Of a stretch of DNA of 61,182 bases, positions 37,293-50,548 are shown piece by piece. A program made the position numbers and the translations under genes. The notes under the pieces are model-generated. The model was not told where the DNA came from. It did not search any database and worked only from the letters and a program-made list of their open reading frames with translations. The stretch's first letter is position 1. Each line of letters opens with the position of its first letter. Origin of the DNA: Acidimicrobiales bacterium (GTDB lineage Bacteria > Actinomycetota > Acidimicrobiia > Acidimicrobiales > SZUA-35); contig JAHEJO010000002.1 in assembly GCA_024638805.1 (NCBI GenBank), positions 1 through 61,182 of the forward strand, in the 5' to 3' direction.

Positions 37293-38164
37293 GTCCAGGA
37301 GCGAAGGGGCAGGGTCGGGGCCGTTCCCGGAAACCGACGCGAAAGCGCTCGAGACGACCAGCCGGCGGTGGCCGCCCCGTCGGATCGGACGCCGACCGGC
37401 AGCCCGCTCGGCGTCGCCGGACCACCCGCGGCCTGGGTGGTGAACAGGTCGAGGGACGCCAGGCGGTTCGAGAGCTGCTGCTCGCACGTCGCCGTCCGGT
37501 CAGCGAGATCCTGATGGTCGACGACCTCGACGATGCGCCGATTCTTGTCGACATCAGGGAACTCGCGGCGGACATGAACATCCCCCTCAAGTCCGTGACA
37601 CGACGTCGCTTCGATGCAGACGCGCTCACGTCGAGCCATCAAGGCGTGCTGGCCAAGGCCAAAGCCCTCCAGGAGCGTTCCTTGACCGACCTGCTGACCG
37701 CAGCGGCGCCGTTCCTTCTCGTACTCGACGGCATCACCGATCCCCAGAATCTCGGGGCGATCCTGCGAATCGCTGAATGTGCCGGTGTCAACGGTGTCGT
37801 CCTTCCCCGTCATCGCGCCGCCCATGTGACGGCAACCGTGACCAAGACCGCTGCCGGAGCGGTCGAACACCTCCCGATGGCGCTCGTCGGCGGGATCCCG
37901 AGCGCCATCACCGAGTTGAACGAGGCGGGCGTCCTGACCGTCGGGCTCGACGCCGACGCGCCGACCTCGCTCTACGAGGTGGACCTCGGGGGCCGTCGCC
38001 CGGTGGCCCTCGTGCTCGGAGCCGAAGGATCGGGACTGGGCCGGCTCGTTCGTCAGCGAGTCGAGGTCCTGGCCAGTCTGCCCCTCCGGGGTGAACTCAA
38101 CAGTCTGAACGTTGCGATGGCCGGAGCGGCCGCCTGCTTCGAGGTTGTCCGCCGGCGGTCGTAG
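37289..38164 (+). CDS. rlmB: 23S rRNA (guanosine-2'-O)-methyltransferase RlmB (SpoU/TrmH family)
   Basis: ATGA overlap with ispF. Basic N-terminal tail, GRQAVRELL, DPQNLGAILR, LVLGAEGSGL, LNVAMAGAA. Confidence 0.85.
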   Translation: MSPGAKGQGRGRSRKPTRKRSRRPAGGGRPVGSDADRQPARRRRTTRGLGGEQVEGRQAVRELLLARRRPVSEILMVDDLDDAPILVDIRELAADMNIPLKSVTRRRFDADALTSSHQGVLAKAKALQERSLTDLLTAAAPFLLVLDGITDPQNLGAILRIAECAGVNGVVLPRHRAAHVTATVTKTAAGAVEHLPMALVGGIPSAITELNEAGVLTVGLDADAPTSLYEVDLGGRRPVALVLGAEGSGLGRLVRQRVEVLASLPLRGELNSLNVAMAGAAACFEVVRRRS

Positions 38165-38180
38165 AACCGGCTCCATGGGC

Positions 38181-38396
38181 TCAGTCGTCTCTGCTGGTGA
38201 ACTGCTGATAGGCGTAGAAGGCGCCCACGATGACGGCGACCACGATCCCCAGCTGGATGATCGTCCACAGAACCCCGAAGAGCCAGCGGATCAGCAGCAA
38301 CGCCACGACGATGGCAGCGACAGAAGCGACGACCCTCACCGTCAACGGAGTCGAAGCGGTAGTCAGATCATTCTTGCCGGACGGGCTGATCGCCAT
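38181..38396 (-). CDS. Small two-TM membrane protein (hypothetical)
   Basis: 71 aa: MAISPSGKNDLTT...VVASVAAIVVALLLIRWLFGVLWTIIQLGIVVAVIVGAFYAY. ATG 38396 lies 14 nt after the glycerate kinase stop. The longer track ORF extension is Arg-rich and implausible. Confidence 0.5.
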   Translation of the reverse strand: MAISPSGKNDLTTASTPLTVRVVASVAAIVVALLLIRWLFGVLWTIIQLGIVVAVIVGAFYAYQQFTSRDD

Positions 38397-38410
38397 CGTC
38401 GCATGGTAGC

Positions 38411-39412
38411 TCAGGTCCGTTTCGCTAGTTCGACGCGGGCGACCTCGGCCACCAGCGGTGCGGTGTCGCGCAGGGCACGATCCAGTCCGAAGCGCTCGGT
38501 CAGGGAGATCACCTCGACATGATCGGGTATCTCGCGATCGTCGAGGTCGGCCCCGCCCACGATCGCCACGACCGGGGTACGGGTTCGCTCGGACCATCTC
38601 GAAACGCCACCGACCACCTTGCCCCGAAAGGACTGCGTATCACAGAAACCCTCACCGGTCAGCACGACATCGGCAGCCTCCAGAGCCGAGTCGAGGTGCG
38701 CCTTCTCAGCGAGGAAATCGAAGCCCGAGACGATCGAGGCTCCAACGGCGGCCAGGCCTCCGGCCAAACCGCCTGCAGCACCCGAACCAGGAACCGAACG
38801 TACATCGATGCCGTATTTCTCCTGGTAGGTGACCGCCAAGCTCTCGAGCCGCCGTGTCAGCAGCTCGACTTGGGCTCGACCGGCACCCTTCTGGGGACCG
38901 AACACGGCCGCAGCGTCGATGAACAAGGTGTCGACGTCGGTGGCCGCAACCAGCTCGACGGACTTGAGGCGGGGCGGAAGCGGCATCGCCCGCTGGGCAC
39001 CCAGACCCCCATCGGTCGTCGCCGATCCCCCGAGGAAGACGGTGATCTCCCGTGCTCCCGCCTCGTAGGCGAGCGAGACCAGTTCGCCCGTTCCGTAGGT
39101 GCTGGCCGCCAGGGGTTCGTTGCCCTGGGCGCCGCCGACCAAACGCAGTCCGCTGGCCTGTGCCATCTCGATGAATGCCGATGTCGCATCGAGGCGCCAT
39201 CCCGCGTCGACCAGATCGCCCAGAGGGCCGGTGACGACCGACCAACGGTTCGGTCCTCCGAGCGCGTCGAGGGAACCCTCTCCGCCGTCGCTCAGCAGGC
39301 ACTCATCTACGAAATGGCCGCGCTCGGTCAAGGCTGCGGCGAGCCGATCGTGGAGCTGACGCTGCGTGGCCGTCCCGCGGAACTTATCGAATGCGAGGAG
39401 AACTCGGATCAG
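38411..39412 (-). CDS. Glycerate kinase (probable non-canonical CTG/ATC start)
   Basis: LSDGGEGSLDAL, VTGPLG, FIEMAQASGL, GGSATTDGGLG, FGPQKGA, GSGAAGGLAGGL, VLTGEGF. The family N-terminal motif (IRVLLAFDKFRGTA) is encoded in frame upstream of the first canonical start (TTG 39331). Confidence 0.85.
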   Translation of the reverse strand: MIRVLLAFDKFRGTATQRQLHDRLAAALTERGHFVDECLLSDGGEGSLDALGGPNRWSVVTGPLGDLVDAGWRLDATSAFIEMAQASGLRLVGGAQGNEPLAASTYGTGELVSLAYEAGAREITVFLGGSATTDGGLGAQRAMPLPPRLKSVELVAATDVDTLFIDAAAVFGPQKGAGRAQVELLTRRLESLAVTYQEKYGIDVRSVPGSGAAGGLAGGLAAVGASIVSGFDFLAEKAHLDSALEAADVVLTGEGFCDTQSFRGKVVGGVSRWSERTRTPVVAIVGGADLDDREIPDHVEVISLTERFGLDRALRDTAPLVAEVARVELAKRT

Positions 39413-40020
39413 ATGTCGATCTTGCCGTCGAGGCCGACGATCACGATCACGTGCGCGTCACCAGGTTCGTCGACATTGAGAGGATCCGGGAACGGCACGA
39501 CGACGCTTTCGTCGAGTCCGAATGCCTGGGCGACCCCGACGGCGTCGAACTCGTAACCCGGGGCGTATTGAACCTCGGTTTCCTGGTCCTGTATCGCGTT
39601 GTCGGGTTCGAGCGAGGTGTAGCCCGCCTGTTCGACGATCTTTGCGCCACGTCCGGCGATGCCAGGTTTGCCGACGGCAGCATTGAGCACCAGTACATTG
39701 ACCTCGGCCTGCGGGCGAGCGGTCGGCGCCGGTGCGGTGCTGGTGGTCGTGGTCGTCGCCTCGGTGGACGTCGTGGAACCGCCGTCGCCGGAGGCGGTCT
39801 CGCCATCGTCGGTCGTCTGAGCCGCGTCGTCGCTGCCGCCGTCGTCGGACACCTGAGCTGAGTCGTCGCCGGTCGCCTCGACGTTGTCGTTGGAGTAGCC
39901 GAGCCACATCAGCAGTGCGCCGACCGCCACCGCCGCCAGGATCACCGCCACACCCCGAGCTGCGTTGGCTCCCACCGATTGCGTGAAACCGCCTCCAGCG
40001 TCATGTGCTCCGGTGTTCAT
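39409..40020 (-). CDS. LytR_C domain membrane-anchored protein
   Basis: N-terminal TM VAVILAAVAVGALLMWL. Low-complexity D/T/S linker. C-terminal VNVLVLNAAVGKPGIAGRGAKIVEQAGY...VIVIVG is typical of the LytR C-terminal domain. Confidence 0.75.
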   Translation of the reverse strand: MNTGAHDAGGGFTQSVGANAARGVAVILAAVAVGALLMWLGYSNDNVEATGDDSAQVSDDGGSDDAAQTTDDGETASGDGGSTTSTEATTTTTSTAPAPTARPQAEVNVLVLNAAVGKPGIAGRGAKIVEQAGYTSLEPDNAIQDQETEVQYAPGYEFDAVGVAQAFGLDESVVVPFPDPLNVDEPGDAHVIVIVGLDGKIDI

Positions 40021-40066
40021 ATGCGCAAGAGCTTAGCCCTCCTTGCGTGGTAGTTTCTTCGCACCC

Positions 40067-40140
40067 GCCCGAATAGCTCAGTTGGCCAGAGCGCTGCTCT
40101 TGTAAAGCAGATGTCGTGGGTTCGAATCCCACTTCGGGCT
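40067..40140 (+). tRNA. tRNA-Thr (anticodon TGT)
   Basis: 74-nt cloverleaf. Acceptor GCCCGAA/TTCGGGC, anticodon stem CTGCT/AGCAG with loop CTTGTAA, T arm GTGGG-TTCGAAT-CCCAC. CCA is not encoded. Confidence 0.9.
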
Positions 40141-40217
40141 CGTTCTGGCGGGGATCCATGCACCCGCGGTGACCGGTGTGCCGCCCCATCCCCCGACGGG
40201 GCCCTACCCTCGTTCGG

Positions 40218-42524
40218 GTGAAGCGTGTTGTGGAACACGATCCGTGGCGGATCGTCCAGAACGGATTCGATCCCGAGAACAACCGGATCTACGAGAGCCT
40301 GTTCTCCCTCGGCAATGGCCACTTCGGCGGCCGCGGCAATCACGAGGAGACCTACACCGGGGATTCTCTGCCGGGCAACTATCTGGCCGGGGTCTACTAT
40401 CCCGATCCGACCCGGGTTGGGTGGTGGAAGAACGGTTACCCGGAGTACTTCGCCAAAGTGCTGAACGCGGCGGATTGGAAACGGTTGCGCATCACCGTCG
40501 ATGGCGACGAACTGGATCTGGCCACCGCCGAGGTGACCGACTTTCGGCGGGTGCTCCACATGGATCATGGAACGCTCGATCGAAGGTTCAGCGCCACCTT
40601 GTCCAACGGTGCGGTGGTCACCGTCGAAGTCCTCAGGTTCGTCAGCCTGCCCGATCCCCAACTCGGCGCGCTCCGTTACAGGCTCACCTGCCAGCGTGCA
40701 GCCGACGTGACGATCACCTCCGCCGTCGAGGGCGATGTCGTCAACGAGGACTCCAACCATGACTTCGGGTTCTGGGATCCGGTGGAAGAGATTGCGATCG
40801 GGAGCCGCACGATCGTCATGGCGAGGACGAAGAAGACCCGATTCGTCGCTGCGGTCGGCTCCGACGTCTCGGTGGCGCTCGATGACGCCGAGGTGACGTT
40901 CGACCCAACGCCATTCACCCGCTCACTCTCCGCGGCAAGCACGATCTCGTTGTCCGTCGATTCGGGCCGAACGGTCGAGATCGTGAAGTACGGCTCGAAT
41001 GTGACGTCGAGGGACGTGGAGCCCCCTCGGATACTCCAGAGGTCCAACGAGGTGCTCGATCGTGCAGCATCGGTCGGCTTCGACGGACTGCTCGCACAGC
41101 ACATCGACGCCTGGAGGCACAAGTGGGAAACGAGTGACGTGGTCATCGAAGGCGACGTTGCCGCCCAGCAGGGCATTCGATTCAGCATCTTCGGCCTGAA
41201 CAGCACGTTCACCGGTGACGACCCCGACCTGAACATCGGGCCAAAAGGATTCACGGGCGAGAAGTACGGGGGTGTCACCTACTGGGACACCGAGGCGTTC
41301 TGTTTGCCGTTCTATCTGGCCACCTCCGAACCCGAGGTGAGCAAGAACCTGCTCCGCTACCGACATCGGCAGCTCCCGAAGGCGATCGAGAACGCCACCA
41401 AGCTGGGCTTCTCCGGCGGTGCGGCGCTGTTCCCGATGGTGACGATCAACGGCGAGGAATGCCACAACGAGTGGGAGATCACATTCGAGGAGATCCACCG
41501 CAACGGCGCGATCGCATTTGCCATCCTCAACTACATCCGCCACACCGGCGATGCCCACCATCTCCTCGAAGGTGGGCTCGAGGTGCTCATCGCCATCGCC
41601 CGGTTCTGGTCGCAGCGGGTGTCGTGGTCCGAGGTCCGTTCGGCGTGGGTGATGCTCGGCGTCACGGGTCCCAACGAATACGAGAACAACGTCGACAACA
41701 ACTGGTACACCAACCTCTTGGCTCAGTGGACCCTGCGGTACACACTCGACGCGATCTCCCAGGCCCGATCGCTCGACGAGAACCTGACCGATCAGATCCT
41801 CGTTTCGGTCGGATTCGACGAACCGACCGAACCGGCCCGGTGGTCGGTGATCGCCGACACCATCCACCTGCCCGAAGATCCCGAACGCGGTGTCTTCCTG
41901 CAACAGTCCAACTATCTGGACAAGGAGCAGGTGACCGTCGAGGACCTTGACCCCGCCCACCGACCGATCAACAAGCATTGGTCATGGGACCGGATCCTCA
42001 GGTCGCCGTATATCAAGCAGGCTGACGTCCTACAGGGTTTGTGGGTGTTCGAGGATGACTACCCACTCGATGTTCTGGCTCGCAACTTCGACTTCTATGA
42101 ACCTCGAACGGTTCACGAATCCTCGCTCTCACCGTCGATCCATGCCGTGCTCGCCGTCCGATTGGGCCGTCTCGACAAGGCGCTCGAGATGATGCTCCGG
42201 ACAGCTCGATTGGACCTCGACGACTACAACGACGACACCGACGACGGGTGCCACACGACGAGCATGGCCGGTACTTGGATCGCGGCCGTCTTGGGCTTCG
42301 GTGGAATGCGGGTGATCGGGGACGAACTGCACCTCGATCCGATCCTCGCTCCGGGCTGGACCGAACTGACGTTCCAGATCCTGTTTCGGGGCACACGACT
42401 GAGGGTCTCGGTAGACGAGGCAGGAGTGCGGATTCAGAACCAATCAAAGAGTGACGTGTCCGTCGTCCTGGCGCAGGAACGGCTGAGCGTCGGCGGCGGA
42501 CAGATCATGATCGTGGCGACCTGA
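40218..42524 (+). CDS. Glycoside hydrolase family 65 phosphorylase (maltose/trehalose/kojibiose phosphorylase type)
   Basis: ESLFSLGNGHFGGRGNHEE, GFTGEKYGGVTYWDTE, TGPNEYENNVDNNWYTN. About 770 aa. GTG 40218 (the track ORF starts at 40176). Confidence 0.9.
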   Translation: MKRVVEHDPWRIVQNGFDPENNRIYESLFSLGNGHFGGRGNHEETYTGDSLPGNYLAGVYYPDPTRVGWWKNGYPEYFAKVLNAADWKRLRITVDGDELDLATAEVTDFRRVLHMDHGTLDRRFSATLSNGAVVTVEVLRFVSLPDPQLGALRYRLTCQRAADVTITSAVEGDVVNEDSNHDFGFWDPVEEIAIGSRTIVMARTKKTRFVAAVGSDVSVALDDAEVTFDPTPFTRSLSAASTISLSVDSGRTVEIVKYGSNVTSRDVEPPRILQRSNEVLDRAASVGFDGLLAQHIDAWRHKWETSDVVIEGDVAAQQGIRFSIFGLNSTFTGDDPDLNIGPKGFTGEKYGGVTYWDTEAFCLPFYLATSEPEVSKNLLRYRHRQLPKAIENATKLGFSGGAALFPMVTINGEECHNEWEITFEEIHRNGAIAFAILNYIRHTGDAHHLLEGGLEVLIAIARFWSQRVSWSEVRSAWVMLGVTGPNEYENNVDNNWYTNLLAQWTLRYTLDAISQARSLDENLTDQILVSVGFDEPTEPARWSVIADTIHLPEDPERGVFLQQSNYLDKEQVTVEDLDPAHRPINKHWSWDRILRSPYIKQADVLQGLWVFEDDYPLDVLARNFDFYEPRTVHESSLSPSIHAVLAVRLGRLDKALEMMLRTARLDLDDYNDDTDDGCHTTSMAGTWIAAVLGFGGMRVIGDELHLDPILAPGWTELTFQILFRGTRLRVSVDEAGVRIQNQSKSDVSVVLAQERLSVGGGQIMIVAT

Positions 42525-42545
42525 AGATCGACTCGTCCAAAGCGC

Positions 42546-44390
<1,845 letters not shown>

Positions 44391-44582
44391 CGGTCAAGGC
44401 TACTGCCGGGCGAGTATCAGGAGATCCCGGCTGCTCGAGAGGTGCCAAACGTCTCGATGTGGCCTAGGGAGGCGCCGAGCGCCGGGCGATCACAAAGCCA
44501 GGGGTGGGGCTCAAGTCTCGACGATCGGATCTCCGATGAAGGATGCACAAGCGCCCGGCACCGTGGGTGCTCTGACCCGGGA

Positions 44583-44867
44583 GTGATCGTGACACCGCTG
44601 ACACCCTTCGTGGACAACCCCACCGGTCGACTGACCGAACTCGTGTATCTGCTGTCCGGTCGCCCTCTGTCGTTGGTCCATGAGGCGGTCCTCGACGCTC
44701 GATCAAGGACGGCGAGTCACGACCCCTGGGAACTGGTGGCCAACGCGCTCCACCGGCTTCAGTCCATGACCGAAGCTTCGATCGAGCAGCGCCACCCACA
44801 GCGTAGCCGCGACGCCGCGGGGCCCGCTGCGACGCCCTCGAAGCAGGAGAAACTGCTGGTCCTCTGA
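44583..44867 (+). CDS. Hypothetical protein (weak call)
   Basis: 94-codon ORF from GTG 44583 with fairly high GC3. No recognisable motif. It lies between typA and the groEL regulatory region. Confidence 0.3.
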   Translation: MIVTPLTPFVDNPTGRLTELVYLLSGRPLSLVHEAVLDARSRTASHDPWELVANALHRLQSMTEASIEQRHPQRSRDAAGPAATPSKQEKLLVL

Positions 44868-44911
44868 GTTGTGCGCACCACCGAGGCGGGGTCTTCGGAC
44901 CATCGTGTTGA

Positions 44912-46753
<1,842 letters not shown>

Positions 46754-46777
46754 CCGCTCGGTCGGCCCGGCCGTTGA

Positions 46778-46820
46778 AACGAGCCCGATCGAGGCGCCAT
46801 TGGCCCTCATCGGGTTCGTT
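46778..46820. terminator. Hairpin between convergent groEL and fdhD (possible bidirectional terminator)
   Basis: AACGAGCCCGAT(C)GAGG - 10-nt loop - CCTCATCGGGTTCGTT. About 16 bp with one bulge and one G-U pair. No T-tract. Confidence 0.35.
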
Positions 46821-46840
46821 CGCGAGTCCGCCTCCGCGCG

Positions 46841-47665
46841 TCAGATGCCTTCGATCGGGCTGTAGAGGGTTCCGGTCCCTCCCCTGGCGAACCCGATCAG
46901 CGTCATCCCCGCCCGCCGAGCGGTTTGCACGGCCAGAACCGATGGCCCGCTGGCCGCGACGAGGGCGCTGCAACCGGCCGCCCAGGTCTTCTGCACCATT
47001 TCGAAGCTGGCTCGTCCGCTGACGACGAGGGCGGCGTCGGTTGCCGGCAGCCGACCGTCCAGGAGCAGGCGACCGATGACCTTGTCCAACGCGTTGTGGC
47101 GGCCGATGTCCTCTCGAACAACGAGGCGGGAACCATCCCGGGCCACGGCTGCCGCGGCATGCGACGACCCGGTGCGGTTGAACAGTGTCTGTTCGGTCCG
47201 CAGATCCTCGGGTAGCGACAGCAATCGTTGCAGACTCCATGGTTCGTGCGGGGGTAGGACCCTGAGCGTCTCGGTCAACTCGTCGATCGCATCGGCTCCG
47301 CAGATCCCACACGACGAGGTGGTGTTCCCGAGCCGCGGTGTTGGTTCCGGTGCTCGACCCCCGGTGTCGACGGTGACGACGTTGTAGTCGGAGTCGGCGG
47401 CGGATCCTGTGCCGCAGTAGCGAATGCCGAGCACGGGTGCACCGGCCAGGAGGTTCTCGGTGAAACAGAAACCGACAGCCAATTCGAAGTCGTGACCTGG
47501 CGTCCGCATCGTTGAGGAGACCAACGTCCCGTCGAGCTGGATGCTGAGTGGCTCCTCGACCAACATGCGATCGGGTCCTTTGGTGGTGGAACCGTCAGCG
47601 TGCAGCCGTCTGCTGAAGAGCTCGGTCGATGTAGAGCGCTGCATGGGCCTACGGTACCGGCTCAT
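46841..47665 (-). CDS. fdhD: Formate dehydrogenase accessory sulfurtransferase FdhD
   Basis: TMRTPGHDFELAVGF, SSCGICG, DIGRHNALDK. Start is ATG 47665 or 47644. Confidence 0.88.
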   Translation of the reverse strand: MSRYRRPMQRSTSTELFSRRLHADGSTTKGPDRMLVEEPLSIQLDGTLVSSTMRTPGHDFELAVGFCFTENLLAGAPVLGIRYCGTGSAADSDYNVVTVDTGGRAPEPTPRLGNTTSSCGICGADAIDELTETLRVLPPHEPWSLQRLLSLPEDLRTEQTLFNRTGSSHAAAAVARDGSRLVVREDIGRHNALDKVIGRLLLDGRLPATDAALVVSGRASFEMVQKTWAAGCSALVAASGPSVLAVQTARRAGMTLIGFARGGTGTLYSPIEGI

Positions 47666-47692
47666 CGGCGCAGCATCGGTAGGCTCGATAGC

Positions 47693-48418
47693 ATGACCAC
47701 GACCGAGGATCCGCAGGCCAGCACAGCCGACGAGGAGATCGACGGCGCCGAGCCGCGAGAGGGTCTCGGGGTGGTCCATCTGTTCTTCCGGACAACGGTT
47801 CTCGCCGATCGGGAGTCGATTCTCACCGCCTTCGAGCATCTCGAAGCGGGGGGCGATCAGGTGATCACGGTGTCCATGCTCGGGCACAAGGCCGACATCG
47901 CGGTGATGGCGCTCGGGAACAACCTGTGGCGGCTGCGTCGTCTACAAACCGAGCTGACCGGTGCCGGTCTCGAGTTGGTCGACAGCTATGTCAGCATCAC
48001 CGAGGTGAGCGAATACGCAGCGGGGGTACCGGACCGCATGAAGCAGGACCGGCTCTATCCCCGGCTCCCGCCGGCTGGCAAGAACGCCTGGTGCTTCTAC
48101 CCGATGAGCAAGCGGCGGTCGCAGGTGGGCAACTGGTACGCGCTTCCCTTCGAGGATCGCCGGGAGCTCATGATGGATCACGGCAAGAGCGGCAGGAACT
48201 TCGCCGGTCGCCTCGTGCAGCTCATCACCGCATCCACCGGCCTCGACGATTACGAGTGGGGTGTCACGCTCTTCGCCGAACGCCCCGACGACCTCAAAGA
48301 GGTGGTGTACACGATGCGCTTCGACGAAGCGTCGGCCCGTTATGCCGAATTCGGTGCCTTCTACACCGGTGTCGTTGCCACGCCGCCAGACGTGCTGACC
48401 TCGGTCGGAGTCGACTGA
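47693..48418 (+). CDS. hemQ: Coproheme decarboxylase HemQ/ChdC (chlorite dismutase family)
   Basis: HKADIAVMALG, WCFYPMSKRR, NWYALPFEDRRELMMDHG, TLFAERPDDLKEVVYTMRFDE. Confidence 0.88.
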   Translation: MTTTEDPQASTADEEIDGAEPREGLGVVHLFFRTTVLADRESILTAFEHLEAGGDQVITVSMLGHKADIAVMALGNNLWRLRRLQTELTGAGLELVDSYVSITEVSEYAAGVPDRMKQDRLYPRLPPAGKNAWCFYPMSKRRSQVGNWYALPFEDRRELMMDHGKSGRNFAGRLVQLITASTGLDDYEWGVTLFAERPDDLKEVVYTMRFDEASARYAEFGAFYTGVVATPPDVLTSVGVD

Positions 48419-48463
48419 ACCTCACGATCGGCCCGGCTGCGCCGAGCGCAGTACCGTGGAGGT

Positions 48464-49714
48464 ATGTCAGAAACCCAGTCCGGACCTGACACAAACCATT
48501 CCAGCGACAGTCCCCAGGGTGCTGTCGGACCCAGGGTCGATGACGCCGGGGCAAAGGCCGCCGCCGAGTCCCCCGCGCCTGACCCTCCGCCGTCGGCGGG
48601 CGATGAAACCGTTCACCTGTCGGCGCCCGACATCGCCGGTGAACCAGCGATGGCCGCTCCCCCCGTAGAAGGGAACCGACCGCAGCCGTTGATCGCCAAG
48701 GTGCCGCCGCCGGCGCCGCTGATGATGCAGATTCTCGGTGGGACCGTGACATCGGTGAACGACCGGGAGGTCGAACTCACCCTCGACGACGGTCGCCCCG
48801 CCGTCATCCACCGAGAGAATTTCGATCTCGCCCAGACCGATCCGACGACGGTTCTGCAGGTCGGCGACGGGGCGGAAGGAGCGGTCCTGTCCAGGGAGGA
48901 TCCCAAGGACCGGGTCGTGCTCTCCCGGAAATGGCTTCTGAGAGACCGAGCGTGGAAACGGGTCACCTCGGCATCGGAGGACCATTCCGCACTGCACTGC
49001 AGAGTGACGTCGATTTCGAAAAAGGGTGCCGTGGTCGACGTGTCGGGTTTGCGTGGTTTCGTCCCGCTGAACCACCTCCAACTCATCGAAGAGGCGCCGT
49101 CCCCGGAACTCGTCGGCCAGATGCTCGATCTCCAGGTGATCGCCGCGGACCGGCAGAAGGACCGGCTGCTCCTGTCACGACGCTCCGCTCTCCTCAAGGA
49201 GCAGCGTCGAGCTGAACTCGAGGCGTTCCAGTCCCTCGAAGTGGGTGGTACCTACACCGGCGTGGTCGAACAGCTCACCGGATTCGGCGCTTTCGTGAGT
49301 GTCAACGGCGTCAGGGGACTGCTGCACAACACCGAGATGAGCTGGGACCGGGTCAGCTCGCCCAAGGGTGTCGTGGCGGTCGGCGACACGTTCCCGGTGA
49401 AAGTGATCGACCTGAAGGTCAAGAAACGGCGCCTTTCGCTTTCGAGACGAGCTCTTCTCGAGGACCCGCTGGCCGCCATCGAAGTCGGTTCGATCCACAC
49501 GGGCACGGTCACGCGGTTGGTCGACTACGGCGTCTTCGTCGACATCGGACCCGCCGAGGGCATGGTGCATCTGAGCGAGTTGGCCGAACATCGCCCCCAT
49601 CATCCTTCCGAGATCGTTCTTTGCGGGGATCAGGTGCAGGTGAAGGTCCTCAAGGTGAACCGGGCCAAGCGGCGGATCGAGCTGTCGATACGCCAGGCGC
49701 TGTACGCGCCGTGA
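48464..49714 (+). CDS. S1 RNA-binding domain protein (multiple S1 repeats, disordered N-terminus)
   Basis: At least three S1-like repeats, e.g. GTYTGVVEQLTGFGAFVSVNGVRGLLHNTEMS and GSIHTGTVTRLVDYGVFVDIGPAEGMVHLSEL. The ~100-aa Pro/Ala-rich N-terminus is unlike canonical RpsA. Confidence 0.8.
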   Translation: MSETQSGPDTNHSSDSPQGAVGPRVDDAGAKAAAESPAPDPPPSAGDETVHLSAPDIAGEPAMAAPPVEGNRPQPLIAKVPPPAPLMMQILGGTVTSVNDREVELTLDDGRPAVIHRENFDLAQTDPTTVLQVGDGAEGAVLSREDPKDRVVLSRKWLLRDRAWKRVTSASEDHSALHCRVTSISKKGAVVDVSGLRGFVPLNHLQLIEEAPSPELVGQMLDLQVIAADRQKDRLLLSRRSALLKEQRRAELEAFQSLEVGGTYTGVVEQLTGFGAFVSVNGVRGLLHNTEMSWDRVSSPKGVVAVGDTFPVKVIDLKVKKRRLSLSRRALLEDPLAAIEVGSIHTGTVTRLVDYGVFVDIGPAEGMVHLSELAEHRPHHPSEIVLCGDQVQVKVLKVNRAKRRIELSIRQALYAP

Positions 49715-50523
49715 GCTCAGCTTCGCCGGCCGAGGACGCTGCGCTACTGGCCGACCGTGCCACGGCTCTGTGCGAAGCACTCCGGAAGGTCGTCCCCGAC
49801 TGGGCGGCCGCACTCGTGCGCCGACTCGGTTCGGGCCACAACGACGCGTCGGCGATCGACGCCGGCGCCGGGCGCATGCACGACTATGCGGCGGGGCCCG
49901 TTCTGGCCCAGGTGAAGCTTCTCCTGGCAACCGACATCGATGAACAGTGGACCAGCCCGCTCGAACTGGTACGCCAGGTCGTCGTGCCCGCCACCGCCGA
50001 GCTGCGGGCGCTGGGTATTCCACCGGTTCCACGCGACGCTCACTCGATCCAGCTGCACCCGGAGGACATCTACGACCTCACGCCGGCGACGTTCGCCGAG
50101 ATCCACCCATCCCTCCACGAACCCGGCCTCGCCTGGGGGGCAGCGAAGGCGCACATGCACCTTCGACGTCATCGACCCTCGCCATCGGAGGCGTCGCCAC
50201 CGGATCCTCAGCTGGTCGTGGTCGTGTTTGCGCCCGACCTCGGGGACCGGAGCCGGTTCGACGCCTACAACGTCACCCACGTGCGTTCCGCAGCGATGTT
50301 GGTGGACCTCGACGACGAACCGGACCTGCTGATCGTCGACCTCGACCGGGCGTCCGATCCCGCTGCCTTCTGGCTCGAGAACGCCCACGTGGTCGGCTTC
50401 GGTTCCCATGTCGCAACCGACACTCAGAGGGTGGCGCACAGCGTCGGGTACGACGCCGTGATGGCGAGGTCGGTCTTCTTTCGTCGATTACCTGAACTTC
50501 TCGCCCCGGTGCTCCGACGGTGA
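49711..50523 (+). CDS. Hypothetical protein with receiver-like C-terminal region
   Basis: GTG 49711 overlaps the upstream stop (GTGA). The C-terminal part (LVVVVFAPDLGD...DLLIVDLD...VGFGSHV...GYDAVMARSVFFRRL) resembles a degenerate CheY-like receiver. The N-terminal part is not recognised. Confidence 0.55.
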   Translation: MSSASPAEDAALLADRATALCEALRKVVPDWAAALVRRLGSGHNDASAIDAGAGRMHDYAAGPVLAQVKLLLATDIDEQWTSPLELVRQVVVPATAELRALGIPPVPRDAHSIQLHPEDIYDLTPATFAEIHPSLHEPGLAWGAAKAHMHLRRHRPSPSEASPPDPQLVVVVFAPDLGDRSRFDAYNVTHVRSAAMLVDLDDEPDLLIVDLDRASDPAAFWLENAHVVGFGSHVATDTQRVAHSVGYDAVMARSVFFRRLPELLAPVLRR

Positions 50524-50548
50524 TGGTGACACCTACGCTTCGACCGAC

